Source: Alkalilimnicola ehrlichii
GTDB lineage: Bacteria > Pseudomonadota > Gammaproteobacteria > Nitrococcales > AK92
Assembly (NCBI RefSeq): GCF_003399765.1
Contig: NZ_NFZV01000001.1
Location: 345,704 to 409,703, forward strand
DNA: 64,000 nt
Direction of reading: 5' to 3'
The notes below the pieces were generated by a model that had not been told where the DNA came from, made no database searches, and saw nothing but the letters and a program-made list of their open reading frames with translations. Positions 1 to 10,368 of this stretch are shown here, in pieces. Position 1 is the stretch's first letter; every line of letters starts with the position of its first letter. Made by a program: the position numbers and the translations under genes.

Positions 1-192
1 ACAGGATCATGAACTAATATCCGAGTCTACGGACAAACTTAAGAGTCAAGCGTGTATATAACTCCGCTCCGCGGCACCGGGAGCTTACAGGCGCTGTTAC
101 TGCCGCGTTCGCCGGACTCATTATCCGCGCACTTCGATCAGTTATTCGATATGGTTATGAGCGGTTGACTCGTTAAGGACGGACGATAAGCA

Positions 193-1311
193 GTGACCAA
201 CCCGATAAAACCAGGCGTACGATCCGACGCCGGGGCGGCGGCGGTGTGCCCGGAGGGGGACTGGACGCTGTCCCACTATGTACATCTCTCTCGCCTTATC
301 GATACGCTCAGCCTAAACGAAGCGTGTCCTGTCGATTTGCGCCAGCTCGGCCGTTTGGACACGGCTGGTGCCGCTTTGCTGGTCAGGGCCTTAGGCCGCC
401 GACGTTTAATACAAGCGGTGGAGGATTGTGCGGAGCTGCCGGCCGAACAGCGCGATCTTTTATTAACGCTTAGCTCCGTACTGGAGAAGGAGGAGGGGAG
501 CGTTCCCGACCGTCGTCGTCAGGTGCCGGGGCTGGCCGCTATTGTCCAATTGGGGCGGAGCGTTGAGAACGGCGTACGGCAAAGCATAGGCCTCCTGAGC
601 TTTATCGGTTTACTGCTGGTCAGTGCCTGCCGCGCACAAGCTTGGCGTCCGGCGCCGTTGGTTAATCAGATAGAGCAAACGGGATTGCGGGCGATTCCGA
701 TTATCGTCGTACTGACTTTCGCCGTTGGGACGGTCGTCGCCTTCTTGGGCGCTTCCGTTCTCGTCGAGTTCGGCGCAACGATCTACATTGTCGATTTGAT
801 TGGTTACGCCATGCTCCGCGAGTTTGGCGTCTTGCTGGCGGCCATCGTATTAGCCGGGCGGACGGCGAGTGCCTTTACCGTTCAGTTGGGTTCGATGAAG
901 GCTAACGAAGAACTCGATGCAATGCGGGCCCAGGGGCTTGATCCGGTAGCCCGGCTCGTGGTGCCGAGGTTGATTGCGCTTGTGCTGGTTTTGCCGTTGC
1001 TGAGTTTTATTGCGACGCTTGCGGGTTTAGCAGGGGGTGCCGTGGTTGCGGTCTTCGTCTTGGATATCAGCCTTCCGCAGTTTCTTGCCATGCTAAACGA
1101 AATCCCGCCAGAGAATTACTGGGTCGGCTTGTTGAAAGCGCCGCTGTTCGCGTTAGTGATAGCCGCTATCGGTTGTCGCGAAGGGCTGAAGGCAGGGGCG
1201 AGTGCCCAGTCGGTGGGCGAACATACCACCTCGAGTGTCGTGCAGTCGATATTTGCCGTGATTCTATTGGATGCCGTGGCGGCATTGTTCTTCATGGAGG
1301 TCGGCTGGTGA
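193..1311 (+). CDS. ABC transporter permease of the MlaE family with an N-terminal STAS (MlaB-like) domain
   Basis: 372 aa; the N-terminal ~110 aa resemble a STAS/anti-sigma-antagonist fold, followed by a multi-TM MlaE-type permease; it overlaps the downstream ATPase by GTGA. Confidence 0.75.
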   Translation: MTNPIKPGVRSDAGAAAVCPEGDWTLSHYVHLSRLIDTLSLNEACPVDLRQLGRLDTAGAALLVRALGRRRLIQAVEDCAELPAEQRDLLLTLSSVLEKEEGSVPDRRRQVPGLAAIVQLGRSVENGVRQSIGLLSFIGLLLVSACRAQAWRPAPLVNQIEQTGLRAIPIIVVLTFAVGTVVAFLGASVLVEFGATIYIVDLIGYAMLREFGVLLAAIVLAGRTASAFTVQLGSMKANEELDAMRAQGLDPVARLVVPRLIALVLVLPLLSFIATLAGLAGGAVVAVFVLDISLPQFLAMLNEIPPENYWVGLLKAPLFALVIAAIGCREGLKAGASAQSVGEHTTSSVVQSIFAVILLDAVAALFFMEVGW

Positions 1312-2093
1312 GTCAGGGGGCGACAGTACTGACGCTACAAGAGCCGGTTGTGCAAGTTCGTGGGCTGACGACGCGGTTCGGTACCAATGTTATTCATGAC
1401 GGGCTTAACCTTGATATCCGGCCAGGCGAGATCCTCGGCGTTGTTGGTGGTTCGGGCACCGGCAAATCGGTCTTGCTGCGGACTATCATCGGTTTGCTCC
1501 AACCGGCGGCCGGCGACATTCGCGTCTTGGGGCGGCGGATCAAGCCGAACGGGGAGCGGCATGGCCTAGCGCAGCGGATGGGCGTTCTTTTTCAGCAAGG
1601 CGCCCTGTACTCGTCGCTCACCGTGCTTGAGAATGTCGCGCTGGTACTGGTCGAGCACGCGAAGCTGCCGCGTCGGGAAGCCGAGCATCTGGCGGCGGTT
1701 AAGATCGCCCTGGTAGGTTTGCCGAGCATCGCCGGGGAGCGGTACCCTGCCGAGCTGTCGGGCGGAATGATCAAGCGCGCCGCCTTGGCGCGGGCGTTAG
1801 CATTGGACCCAGAGGTGTTGTTTCTCGACGAGCCCACGGCAGGGCTCGACCCTATTAGCGCTGCCGAGTTCGACCAGTTGTTGTTGACGTTACGTAACGC
1901 ACTTGGGTTGACCGTCATGCTAGTGACCCACGATTTAGACACCTTGTACGCCACCTGCGACCGCGTTGCCGTATTGGCTAATAAGCGCGTGTTGACGGTG
2001 GGCCCGATAAACGACGTGGCGCAGACTAACGATGCTTGGGTGCAGGCTTATTTCCAGGGGCCGCGGGCGCGGGCCGCGAGAGGGGACGTATAG
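1308..2093 (+). CDS. ABC transporter ATP-binding protein, MlaF-like
   Basis: Walker A GGSGTGKS, ABC signature LSGGM, Walker B LFLDEPT; GTG start overlapping the permease stop. Confidence 0.8.
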   Translation: MSQGATVLTLQEPVVQVRGLTTRFGTNVIHDGLNLDIRPGEILGVVGGSGTGKSVLLRTIIGLLQPAAGDIRVLGRRIKPNGERHGLAQRMGVLFQQGALYSSLTVLENVALVLVEHAKLPRREAEHLAAVKIALVGLPSIAGERYPAELSGGMIKRAALARALALDPEVLFLDEPTAGLDPISAAEFDQLLLTLRNALGLTVMLVTHDLDTLYATCDRVAVLANKRVLTVGPINDVAQTNDAWVQAYFQGPRARAARGDV

Positions 2094-2930
2094 ATGGAGA
2101 GTCACGCTCGCTATTTTCTCATTGGCTTGTTCGCGCTGGCGGGTTTGGCGGGAATTTTGGCGTTTGGCTGGTGGCTGGCAGGGCCTGGCGGCGAACGGGA
2201 CCAGGTCTACTACGACGTTGTGTTTGCGCAGGAAGTCACCGGCCTAACGGTTGGCAGCAGTGTGCAGTACAACGGCATACAGGTCGGACAGGTCGTGCGT
2301 TTGGGCTTCGATCCTAACGATCCGACTCGTGTTGTCGCACGTATTCGGGTGGGGCGCGATACTCCGTTACGGGAATCGACCCGGGCCCAGCTGGGCGCTG
2401 CAAGCCTCGTAACCGGTAGTGCCTACGTGCGCCTCATTGGTGATACGGCGAGCGGGCGGTCGATTGTCCCGGACGGTCCGGAAGACGTGCCGCTGATTAT
2501 TGCCGAGCAATCGCCGCTTTCCAAACTACAGTCGGAAGGCGAGGCGATGTTGTCCGCGTTAACGGCATTAACGCGCCAAGCTAATGAATTCTTATCGTCC
2601 GAAAATGCCGAGCGCCTGGGGGCGACTTTACAGAATTTGGAACAGGCGACGGCCTCGCTTGCCCGGTATGAAGAGCAGTTATTGCCGGAAGTGAAAGATA
2701 CCCTGAACTCCTTGCATACCTCGGCTTCGGCCTTGGAGTCGCTCTTGTTGCAGAACCAGCCGGCCTTGGAAAGCGGACTGCGGGGTATGGAAGACCTGGA
2801 ACTGACCATGCGCGAGTTCCAACGGACCTTGGCTTCTTTCCGTCGCCTAAGCCGTCAACTGGAAGAAGAACCTAGCCGCGTGCTCGGGCGTGGCGAGCAC
2901 ATCCGTGGAGTGCCGCATGAAGATCAGTAG
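2094..2930 (+). CDS. MCE-domain periplasmic substrate-binding protein (MlaD/PqiB-like)
   Basis: N-terminal TM helix followed by an MCE domain (VTGLTVGSSVQYNGIQVGQV) and a coiled-coil C-terminus. Confidence 0.8.
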   Translation: MESHARYFLIGLFALAGLAGILAFGWWLAGPGGERDQVYYDVVFAQEVTGLTVGSSVQYNGIQVGQVVRLGFDPNDPTRVVARIRVGRDTPLRESTRAQLGAASLVTGSAYVRLIGDTASGRSIVPDGPEDVPLIIAEQSPLSKLQSEGEAMLSALTALTRQANEFLSSENAERLGATLQNLEQATASLARYEEQLLPEVKDTLNSLHTSASALESLLLQNQPALESGLRGMEDLELTMREFQRTLASFRRLSRQLEEEPSRVLGRGEHIRGVPHEDQ

Positions 2931-3549
2931 AGCCAAGCGGTTGGTCGGTCTCGTTGCGACGAGCAGCGTAATGGCGTTAAGCGCCTGTAACGTATTGCCG
3001 CAGGCGACGCCAGTCGATGTTTACCGTTTACCGCCAGCGGCTATTGTGTCGCCGCCCGAGCAAGCTCGTATCGATTGGTCGTTAAGAGTTGCCCGACCCC
3101 AGGCTATCGACCTCCTGAACAGCTCCCGTATTGCCGTCGCCGACGGCACTCGCCTGAACGTATACGAGAGTGCGCGTTGGAGCGCTTCGGCAACCGAGTT
3201 ATGGCGCGACCATGTGCTGGACGTGTTTCAGCAGGATGGACGATTTGCCGAGGTGAGTAGCGATGAAGAAGGCGTGCGCGCCGACTATGAGCTAACCGGC
3301 ATTCTGCGCGCGTTTTACAGTGAACGTACGGCGGAAGGGCGAGAGGCGGTAATCGTCGTCGATGCGCGGCTCGTCGATCTTGCCCAGCGCCGGACTGTCC
3401 AGGCGCAGCGCTTCGAAGTGCGAGAGCAAGCGGCTGATGGGCGGCTTTCGAGTGTGGTCGATGCTTTTGGCGAGGCGGCCGATCGGTTGGCGTTGGAGTT
3501 GCTTGATTGGACTTTGGGGGCTGCGATGTTGCAGCGCACAACCTATTAA
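2917..3549 (+). CDS. ABC-transport auxiliary lipoprotein (PqiC/DUF330-like)
   Basis: MKISRAKRLVGLVATSSVMALSAC lipobox; fourth gene of the MCE operon; a start at the MKIS methionine is preferred over the longer ORF. Confidence 0.65.
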   Translation: MKISRAKRLVGLVATSSVMALSACNVLPQATPVDVYRLPPAAIVSPPEQARIDWSLRVARPQAIDLLNSSRIAVADGTRLNVYESARWSASATELWRDHVLDVFQQDGRFAEVSSDEEGVRADYELTGILRAFYSERTAEGREAVIVVDARLVDLAQRRTVQAQRFEVREQAADGRLSSVVDAFGEAADRLALELLDWTLGAAMLQRTTY

Positions 3550-3634
3550 CCACCGTCGATAACAATCAACAATAGGCCGCCCAATATAAAGTCTGAACGC
3601 AATAAAATGGCTACTCCGCTAAGGCACAAAGAGC

Positions 3635-3660
3635 CATAAAAAAGGGGCGCTGTGCGCCCC
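3635..3660 (-). terminator. rho-independent terminator downstream of etfA (bidirectional hairpin)
   Basis: GGGGCGC-tgt-GCGCCCC hairpin flanked by an A-tract; on the minus strand it reads hairpin + TTTTTTAT. Confidence 0.6.
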
Positions 3661-3693
3661 CTTCTCGTGTTTCGTAAAGCGGAGAATGTTCTA

Positions 3694-4635
3694 TTACAGA
3701 ACTTTCTCCAGCTCCTGCGACAGTTCCGGCACTGCCTCGAACAGATCAGCGACCAAGCCGTAGTCGGCCACTTCGAAGATCGGAGCTTCTTCGTCTTTGT
3801 TGATGGCAACAATGACTTTGGAGCCTTCCATACCGGCCAAGTGCTGAATCGCGCCGGAGATGCCCACCGCGATGTACAGATCCGGAGCGACGATCTTACC
3901 GGTCTGGCCGACCTGGTAGTCGTTCGGCACGAAGCCGGCGTCGACCGCAGCGCGGGAAGCGCCAACCGCAGCGCCGAGCTTGTCGGCTACGTCTTCCAGC
4001 AGTTTGAAATTGTCGCCGTTCTGCATGCCGCGACCGCCGGAGATAATGATGCGGGCGCTGGTCAGCTCCGGACGCTCGGAAACGGTCAGCTGCTGATCGA
4101 CGAAACGAACATTGCTCGGTACTTCCGCCGCGTCGACGTTAGCGACGTCCGCGCTGCCACCTTCCGCTTCGGCACGCTCGAAAGCGGTGCCGCGAACAGT
4201 GATGACTTTTACGCTGTCGCTGGACTGAACCGTCGCCAGCGCGTTACCGGCGTAGATCGGCCGTACGAAAGTGTCTTCGGAAACGATGCCGGTGATGTCG
4301 GAAATCTGCTGTACGTCGAGGCGAGCCGCGACACGGGGCAGCAGGTTCTTGCCGAAGGTGGTCGCCGGCGCCAGCACGTGCGTGGCACCTTCGGCTTCGC
4401 GTACGACCAGCGGCGTCAGCGCTTCGGCCGTCGGGTGTTCGTAAGCAGCGTCGTCGGCAACCAGCACTTTGCTGACACCGGCAACGTTAGCTGCCTGTTG
4501 ACCCACTTCGGCAACATCCTTACCAGCCACCAGGACGGTGATGTCGCCACCCAGCTGTTTGGCAGCGCCAAGGGTTGCCAGGGTGCTGCCGGCCAGTTGG
4601 CCATTCAGATGTTCGGCAATGACGAGAACGCTCAT
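3694..4635 (-). CDS. etfA: electron transfer flavoprotein alpha subunit
   Basis: 313 aa; MSVLVIAEH...; FAD-binding C-terminal domain; immediately follows etfB. Confidence 0.9.
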   Translation of the reverse strand: MSVLVIAEHLNGQLAGSTLATLGAAKQLGGDITVLVAGKDVAEVGQQAANVAGVSKVLVADDAAYEHPTAEALTPLVVREAEGATHVLAPATTFGKNLLPRVAARLDVQQISDITGIVSEDTFVRPIYAGNALATVQSSDSVKVITVRGTAFERAEAEGGSADVANVDAAEVPSNVRFVDQQLTVSERPELTSARIIISGGRGMQNGDNFKLLEDVADKLGAAVGASRAAVDAGFVPNDYQVGQTGKIVAPDLYIAVGISGAIQHLAGMEGSKVIVAINKDEEAPIFEVADYGLVADLFEAVPELSQELEKVL

Positions 4636-5385
4636 TTAGATCACCTTCGCTTCGTTGCGGAGCTTCTCGACCAGCTCCTGAACGCTTCCAACCTTGGCGC
4701 CGCCCTTACGCTTCGGCGGCTCCTCGACTTTTACGACCTTCAGGCGATGCGCGGTGTCAACGCCGAGATCGCCCGGAGTCAAGGTGTCGAGCGGTTTCTT
4801 CTTCGCCTTCATGATGTTCGGCAGCTTCGCATAGCGCGGCTCGTTCAGACGAAGGTCGGTGGTGATGACCGCCGGCATGTTCAGAGCCAAGGTTTCGGCG
4901 CCGCCGTCGATTTCGCGGGTAACCGACACTTCCGAATCGCCCAGCTCGACCTTGGAAGCAAAGGTGCCTTGCGGCCAGCCAAGTAACTCGCCCAGCATCT
5001 GACCGGTTTGGTTGCTGTCGTCGTCGATGGCCTGCTTGCCGAGAATGAGGAGGTCTGGACTCTCTTTCTCAACCACAGCCTTGAGCAGTTTTGCAACCGT
5101 CAGCGGCTCGAGGTCAGGATCGGCTTCAACCAGGATGCCCCGATCGCCACCCATCGCCAGCCCCGTACGGATGGTTTCCTGAGCCTGGCTGGGGCCGATG
5201 GAAACGACGACGACCTCGTCGGCCTTGCCAGCTTCCTTGATGCGTACCGCCTCTTCCAAAGCGATTTCATCGAAAGGGTTCATGGACATTTTGACGTTGG
5301 CGGTTTCGACACCGGTCTGGTCCGCCTTAACGCGGATCCGGACGTTGTAGTCGACGACCCGCTTTACCGCGACCAATATCTTCAT
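4636..5385 (-). CDS. etfB: electron transfer flavoprotein beta subunit
   Basis: 249 aa; [19 protein letters not shown]... is the typical EtfB N-terminus. Confidence 0.9.
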   Translation of the reverse strand: MKILVAVKRVVDYNVRIRVKADQTGVETANVKMSMNPFDEIALEEAVRIKEAGKADEVVVVSIGPSQAQETIRTGLAMGGDRGILVEADPDLEPLTVAKLLKAVVEKESPDLLILGKQAIDDDSNQTGQMLGELLGWPQGTFASKVELGDSEVSVTREIDGGAETLALNMPAVITTDLRLNEPRYAKLPNIMKAKKKPLDTLTPGDLGVDTAHRLKVVKVEEPPKRKGGAKVGSVQELVEKLRNEAKVI

Positions 5386-5437
5386 GCTCTAAGCCCTATT
5401 GGTTGGTGTTTCATTGTATGTTTCACTATACGGAATA

Positions 5438-5452
5438 GTGTTTCGCAAACAC
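5438..5452. promoter_or_regulatory. putative operator GTGTTT-cgc-AAACAC (TTTCGCAAA core) in the etfBA promoter region
   Basis: perfect 6-3-6 inverted repeat; the same 9-mer core recurs four times in the IclR divergent region (11222-11316). Confidence 0.35.
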
Positions 5453-5669
5453 GGACGGCAGGATAGGCATGGGCCTTGCCGGCTGTCAAGGCTACCTCAA
5501 ACGAGCGTTTCGTTCAGCAGAAATTGTAAATTTTTTGCCGTTCAACAAAATTTTCGGGGATTCTAAACCCCTACTACTCCTGCTAAGAAAGCCCTTAACC
5601 TTCCCATGTCGCGCCTTGCGGGCAAGCCGCAAAGGGCGCGGCGGGGTAAGCGAAGGCGGCAGCGTTTCC

Positions 5670-7073
5670 CTAACTCCAGCGTCCGAGGAAGGGGAACCAT
5701 ACCATTAACAGCAGCAAGCAGCCGATAACAAACAGCCCGTTCCAGCGATAGCCGACCGTATAGGGCGATGTGTTGAGCAGGCGACCGACGATGAGCATCG
5801 CCGCGGTAATTGGCGATGACACCATCGATAGCGACCATCCCGCCATGAGTGCCGTTGCCAGGAGTGCCGGGGGTAAGCCTAGTGCCGCCGGGTCGGCTAA
5901 TAAGGTTGCCAGGACGGTGACGCTGACAATCGGGTTTAAGCCGATTTGTGCGGCTAATACGATGACCAAGGTGACGGCGAAGGCAAGCCAGGGCCCTTTC
6001 ATCCCGCTTTCGTATAATGCGGCGGCAATGGTCTCGACCGGCAATAGTTGGCCCAGTAATACGCCGAGAAATCCGGCGCCGCCGAGCACGACGATTTCCC
6101 CACGCATGCCGGGAAAGATACGGTCGGCGCGCCGGGCGATACTTAGCCCGGCTCGGCGAACGCCGGAGCCGCCGCCGAGCCGCCGTCGTTGCAAGGCGAG
6201 CCAAATCAATGCCGATAAGGGTGCGGAGAAAATGACGGCGACCGGTAGTTGTACGGCCATCAAATAAGCCAATAGGAATGTTAGTGCGACGATACCCGCG
6301 ACGAGCGTGCAGAACGCAATCAATGGGCGCGGGCTTAGGCGGATGCGCTCCGGCGCAAGCCCTTTGAGGTGTTTCGGGGCCGCCAAGCGGTCGAGTAGCC
6401 AACCGAGCACGAACATAAGCGCTGCGGTAGCAAAGGCGTAAGGTGCGATGGCAAACCAGGTCAGCTGCGGCAGGGCGGAAAGAATAACCGCTAGACTGAT
6501 ACCGAGCGGAGAGATCAGCGGGACCATCGCGAAGCCGCGTAGCATGGCGACGAACATGCGCCGTCGGCGCGCTTGCCAGACCGCTTGGTGGCCGCCGGCG
6601 GCTGCTAGTGTGTTGCCCCGAAGGCTCATCACGCCCAGCAGGTTAAGCACCCCGATGTTGAGAATAATGCCGAACAGGCCCGATCCAGTCGATAGCGTCA
6701 GGTAGCGGCGCTGGGGTGGCTGTTGTATCAGGTATTGTCCGCACTGGCGCATCAGGGGCGAATCTTCGGCTGCTACTCGCAACAAGCCAAGGCAGGCGAG
6801 AAAGGCGCCCAGAAAAGCGAATCGGTCCAATGCTTCGATCAATGCCTCGCTGGGGGCATCGGCTAACGACACGGTCAGCAGGGCGAGCACAATGCCGAAC
6901 AGAATAACGCCCTTGGCCATCGTCGCTTGGCGTCGCCATTCCGCCACGACATAAACGATCATGCCGACGCGCGCTACCCATGCCAGCGCATCGGAACCGG
7001 AGGCAAGACCGAATAAGATGGCGAGGATGACGGCGGGTAAGGCCCAGGCCCAGACGCGACCCAGCAGCGACAT
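5670..7073 (-). CDS. integral membrane protein, probable transporter (family not assigned)
   Basis: about 12 predicted TM helices with an internal two-fold repeat; start moved to the MSLLGRVWAW methionine to avoid overlap with the upstream thioesterase gene. Confidence 0.5.
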   Translation of the reverse strand: MSLLGRVWAWALPAVILAILFGLASGSDALAWVARVGMIVYVVAEWRRQATMAKGVILFGIVLALLTVSLADAPSEALIEALDRFAFLGAFLACLGLLRVAAEDSPLMRQCGQYLIQQPPQRRYLTLSTGSGLFGIILNIGVLNLLGVMSLRGNTLAAAGGHQAVWQARRRRMFVAMLRGFAMVPLISPLGISLAVILSALPQLTWFAIAPYAFATAALMFVLGWLLDRLAAPKHLKGLAPERIRLSPRPLIAFCTLVAGIVALTFLLAYLMAVQLPVAVIFSAPLSALIWLALQRRRLGGGSGVRRAGLSIARRADRIFPGMRGEIVVLGGAGFLGVLLGQLLPVETIAAALYESGMKGPWLAFAVTLVIVLAAQIGLNPIVSVTVLATLLADPAALGLPPALLATALMAGWSLSMVSSPITAAMLIVGRLLNTSPYTVGYRWNGLFVIGCLLLLMVWFPFLGRWS

Positions 7074-7128
7074 AGGCGGCCTCTTTAGCAGTCGGAGCGT
7101 GTTGGGCGGATTGCCTTGAGGCGAGCCC

Positions 7129-7566
7129 TCATTCGGGCTCGCCTTCCAGGGTTTCGCTACCGCTACGTAAGCGGAAGGTGCCTTCGCCGATGGCAATGAT
7201 GTTGCCTTCTCCGTCAAGCACTTCGCCGCTAGCGGCATAAACGCGGCGACCGCCGGCGCGGCGGACGCCCACAGCACGCAAGATGCCGCCGCTTGCCTGG
7301 CCGGTGAAGCTGGTGGTCAGCGATAGTGTGATGCATTTGCGGACACGCCCGGGGTAGGGGCAGTAAATGCCCGCATGGCCAAGCGCTGTATCGAGTAGGG
7401 TGGTGATCATCCCGCCGTGTACGATACCGCTCCGGTTCAAGTGCCCGTCGGTTATCGGCATTTCGATAACGGCTCGATTCTCCTCCCATTCCGCGACTCT
7501 AAAACCTAGCGTCCGTTGCAGGCCCCAGATCACTTCGCCCGTATGTGGGTCGCGTTCTTCGTTCAT
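7129..7566 (-). CDS. PaaI-family hotdog-fold acyl-CoA thioesterase
   Basis: 145 aa; GIVHGGMITTLLDTALG motif typical of PaaI/4HBT thioesterases. Confidence 0.75.
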   Translation of the reverse strand: MNEERDPHTGEVIWGLQRTLGFRVAEWEENRAVIEMPITDGHLNRSGIVHGGMITTLLDTALGHAGIYCPYPGRVRKCITLSLTTSFTGQASGGILRAVGVRRAGGRRVYAASGEVLDGEGNIIAIGEGTFRLRSGSETLEGEPE

Positions 7567-7598
7567 GGCTGAGCCCTGTTTGTCGTGGTTATGCTGAA

Positions 7599-9173
7599 CT
7601 AACTCGTTTGCCGTTCCTGCTGCGCTTTTGCTTTTAATTTATTCTTCAGAATCTTGCCTGTGGCCGTTGCCGGCAGCGTATCCATCAGCACAATTTCGCT
7701 GGGACGTTTGTATGCCGATAGGCGTTCGGCAGCGAACTGCCTAAGCTCGTCGGCGGTAAGTCCCGCTCCCGGCACCGGCTGCACATAGGCGACCACCTCC
7801 TCGTTGCCGGGCACTTCGCGGCCGACAACCGCGGACAAAGTGACTTGCGGATGCTCGTTAAGCACCGCTTCCACATCCGGCGGATATACATTAAAGCCAG
7901 AGCGGATAATCAATTCTTTCGAGCGGGCGACGATGTAGAGGTTACGCTCGTCGTCGAGGCGAGCCATATCGCCGGTATTCAGCCAGCCGTCGTCGGCGAG
8001 CGTGGCAGCGGTGGCTGCCGGGTTGCGGAAATAGCCCTTCATCACGTTCGGTCCGCGTACCCACAGCTCGCCTACATTGCCGGTCGGGACTTCGCGTCCG
8101 TTCTGATCGAGCAGTTTGTACTCAAGGAGGGGCAGTATTCGGCCTACGGTAACGCTGTCGTGTCGTTCGCCGATGCGCGTCTGGCTAATCGTCGGGCTGG
8201 CTTCGGTCAAGCCGTAGCCGTTGTGCAAGGTGGTGCCGAGTACCGCCTCGGTGCGCCGCTTCAGGTCCAGGTCCAGCGGAGCGCCGCCGACCGAGGTGTA
8301 AATCAGGCGCGGGGCTTCCAGCTTTAGCCCCTGTTGGCTTACGTACTCCAAGGTGCGGGCAAACATGGCAGGCACGCCTTGCAGCACTGAGATGCCTTCC
8401 TCCTTCAAGGCTTGCACCAGCGCGCCCGGTTCGAAGCGCGGCACCGGATAAAGGCAAGCGCCGTTGTATAACGAACCCAGGCACACCGAGGACAAGCCGA
8501 ACACATGCGACATAGGAAGCACGCCGTAAACCCGTTGCTCGCGGTTAAGGTTGCGCATCCCACCGGAAATCGAGGCGATATATAGACAACCCCGGTGTGT
8601 CAGCATGACGCCCTTGGGGACGCCGGTAGTGCCGGAGGTATAAATCATCGCCGCGACTTGGCCGCCGTCGGCTGCGACCGGTTCCGGCGTCGATTCTAGC
8701 AAGGGGCTTATCGCCAGTTTGCCGAGGCTGGGGTGGTCGATGGCGTCTGCGCCATGCCGCTCGGCATGGCTGGCCGCTTCCGGAGAAACGGCCAGCGTAT
8801 AAACAATACGGCGCGGTTCGCAGTTGCCCCGAATGAGGTCCACTTCGTTGGGGGCTAGTCGAGCGTTAATAATAGCGACCCAAACATCCAGCTCGCTGGC
8901 CGCCAGCAAGAGTGTGACCAGTGCTCGACAGTTTTCGTTGACCACCATTAAACGATCGCCCGGCCGCAGCCCCAGCTCGCGAAGCCACTCCTGCGCGGCG
9001 CGTACTTCGCGGGCCAGGTCGGCGTAAGTCCAGCGGACTTCGTCGTCCACTAAGGCTTCCGCATCCGGCGTGCGCTCCGCCCATTGCAAGGGGTGCGTGC
9101 TGATACGCGCCGGCAGCTCGGCCAGCCGTTCGGCCGCCGAGCGTCCGAAGATGTCCTCATCCGGTGCTTGCAT
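7599..9173 (-). CDS. AMP-dependent acyl-CoA synthetase/ligase
   Basis: 524 aa; AMP-binding motifs YTSGTTGVPKGV, GYGLTE and IIRSGFNVYP. Confidence 0.85.
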   Translation of the reverse strand: MQAPDEDIFGRSAAERLAELPARISTHPLQWAERTPDAEALVDDEVRWTYADLAREVRAAQEWLRELGLRPGDRLMVVNENCRALVTLLLAASELDVWVAIINARLAPNEVDLIRGNCEPRRIVYTLAVSPEAASHAERHGADAIDHPSLGKLAISPLLESTPEPVAADGGQVAAMIYTSGTTGVPKGVMLTHRGCLYIASISGGMRNLNREQRVYGVLPMSHVFGLSSVCLGSLYNGACLYPVPRFEPGALVQALKEEGISVLQGVPAMFARTLEYVSQQGLKLEAPRLIYTSVGGAPLDLDLKRRTEAVLGTTLHNGYGLTEASPTISQTRIGERHDSVTVGRILPLLEYKLLDQNGREVPTGNVGELWVRGPNVMKGYFRNPAATAATLADDGWLNTGDMARLDDERNLYIVARSKELIIRSGFNVYPPDVEAVLNEHPQVTLSAVVGREVPGNEEVVAYVQPVPGAGLTADELRQFAAERLSAYKRPSEIVLMDTLPATATGKILKNKLKAKAQQERQTS

Positions 9174-9187
9174 AAGACAAACCTATC

Positions 9188-10342
9188 TTAGGACTGAGCT
9201 TCCCGAACCATACCGCGTGCCACCACGATCTGCTGGATCTGGGTGGTGCCCTCGTAGAGACGGAACAGGCGGACGTCGCGGTAGAAACGCTCCACCGCAT
9301 ATTCTTGGATGTAGCCCGAGCCGCCGTGGATTTGTACCGCCCGGTCCGCCACCTTGCCCACCATCTCGGCGCAGAACAGCTTGCAGCAAGAGGCTAAGGT
9401 GCTGACGTTCTCGCCGGCGTCTTTACGCCGCGCCGCGTCGAGAACCATGGAGCGACCGGCATAGGCTTCGGCTTTGCTGTCGGCCAGCATGGCTTGTACC
9501 AACTGATGCTCGGCAATCGGCTGGCCGAATTGCTTCCGCTCCATGGCAAAGTGCAGCGCGTCCTCGATCAGGCGCTCGGCAACGCCGACGCAGACGGCGG
9601 AGATGTGCAGGCGGCCGCGGTCGAGGACTTTCATAGCGGTTTTAAAGCCTTGGCCTTCTTTGCCGCCGATGATGTTCTCGGCCGGTACGCGGCAGTTGTC
9701 GAAGATGATGTCGCAGGTGTGAGCGCCTTTCTGTCCCATCTTCTTGTCGCGCTTGCCGCGGATCAGCCCCGGCGTATCGCCCTCCACGACGAAGGCTGAA
9801 ATGCCGCCCGCGCCTTTGTTGTTCGGGTCGGTGCGCGCCATCACCGTGTAGAGACCAGCGTGCGGGCCGTTGGTGATGAAACGCTTGGTGCCGTTGAGGA
9901 TGTAGTGATCGCCGTCGCGCTCGGCGCGGGTCTTCAACGAAGCGGCATCGGAACCGGCGTCGGGTTCGGTCAGGCAGAAAGAGCTCAAAATCTCGCCGGT
10001 AGCGAGCTTGGGCACGTACTTCTGCTTCTGCTCTTCGGTGCCGTCGATCAGGATGCCTTGGGCGCCGATGCCGTTATTGGTGCCGAAGATGGAGCGGAAA
10101 GCCGGCGAGGTTTTGCCGATCTCGAAGGCAACCAGCGCTTCTTCTTCCATGGTTAGGCCAAGCCCGCCGTATTCTTCCGGAATCGACAGGCCGAACAGGC
10201 CCATGTCCTTCATTTCTTGTAGGATATCTTCCGGAATGGCGTCGTCTTCGGCCACTTTCTCTTCCGCCGGAACCAAGCGCTCGCGAACGAAGCGGCTGAT
10301 GGTGTCGACGAGCTGGTTGAGCGTCTCCTGATCTCTGATCAC
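9188..10342 (-). CDS. acyl-CoA dehydrogenase
   Basis: 384 aa; ACAD N-terminal, middle and C-terminal signatures (FCLTEPDAGSD, RFITNG, IHGGSGY). Confidence 0.85.
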   Translation of the reverse strand: MIRDQETLNQLVDTISRFVRERLVPAEEKVAEDDAIPEDILQEMKDMGLFGLSIPEEYGGLGLTMEEEALVAFEIGKTSPAFRSIFGTNNGIGAQGILIDGTEEQKQKYVPKLATGEILSSFCLTEPDAGSDAASLKTRAERDGDHYILNGTKRFITNGPHAGLYTVMARTDPNNKGAGGISAFVVEGDTPGLIRGKRDKKMGQKGAHTCDIIFDNCRVPAENIIGGKEGQGFKTAMKVLDRGRLHISAVCVGVAERLIEDALHFAMERKQFGQPIAEHQLVQAMLADSKAEAYAGRSMVLDAARRKDAGENVSTLASCCKLFCAEMVGKVADRAVQIHGGSGYIQEYAVERFYRDVRLFRLYEGTTQIQQIVVARGMVREAQS

Positions 10343-10368
10343 AATGATATCCCCTATCGGTTATTTTC

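Noticed and set aside
3652-4986. 444-aa + strand ORF antisense to etfA/etfB
   Set aside because: It lies entirely within well-supported etfA/etfB coding sequence on the opposite strand. It has a low-complexity, R/G/A-rich composition typical of spurious antisense ORFs in high-GC DNA.
5563-6402. 279-aa minus-strand ORF overlapping the membrane-protein gene in another frame
   Set aside because: It is an alternative frame of the same DNA as the 12-TM protein. It has R/P-rich nonsense composition and no start context.
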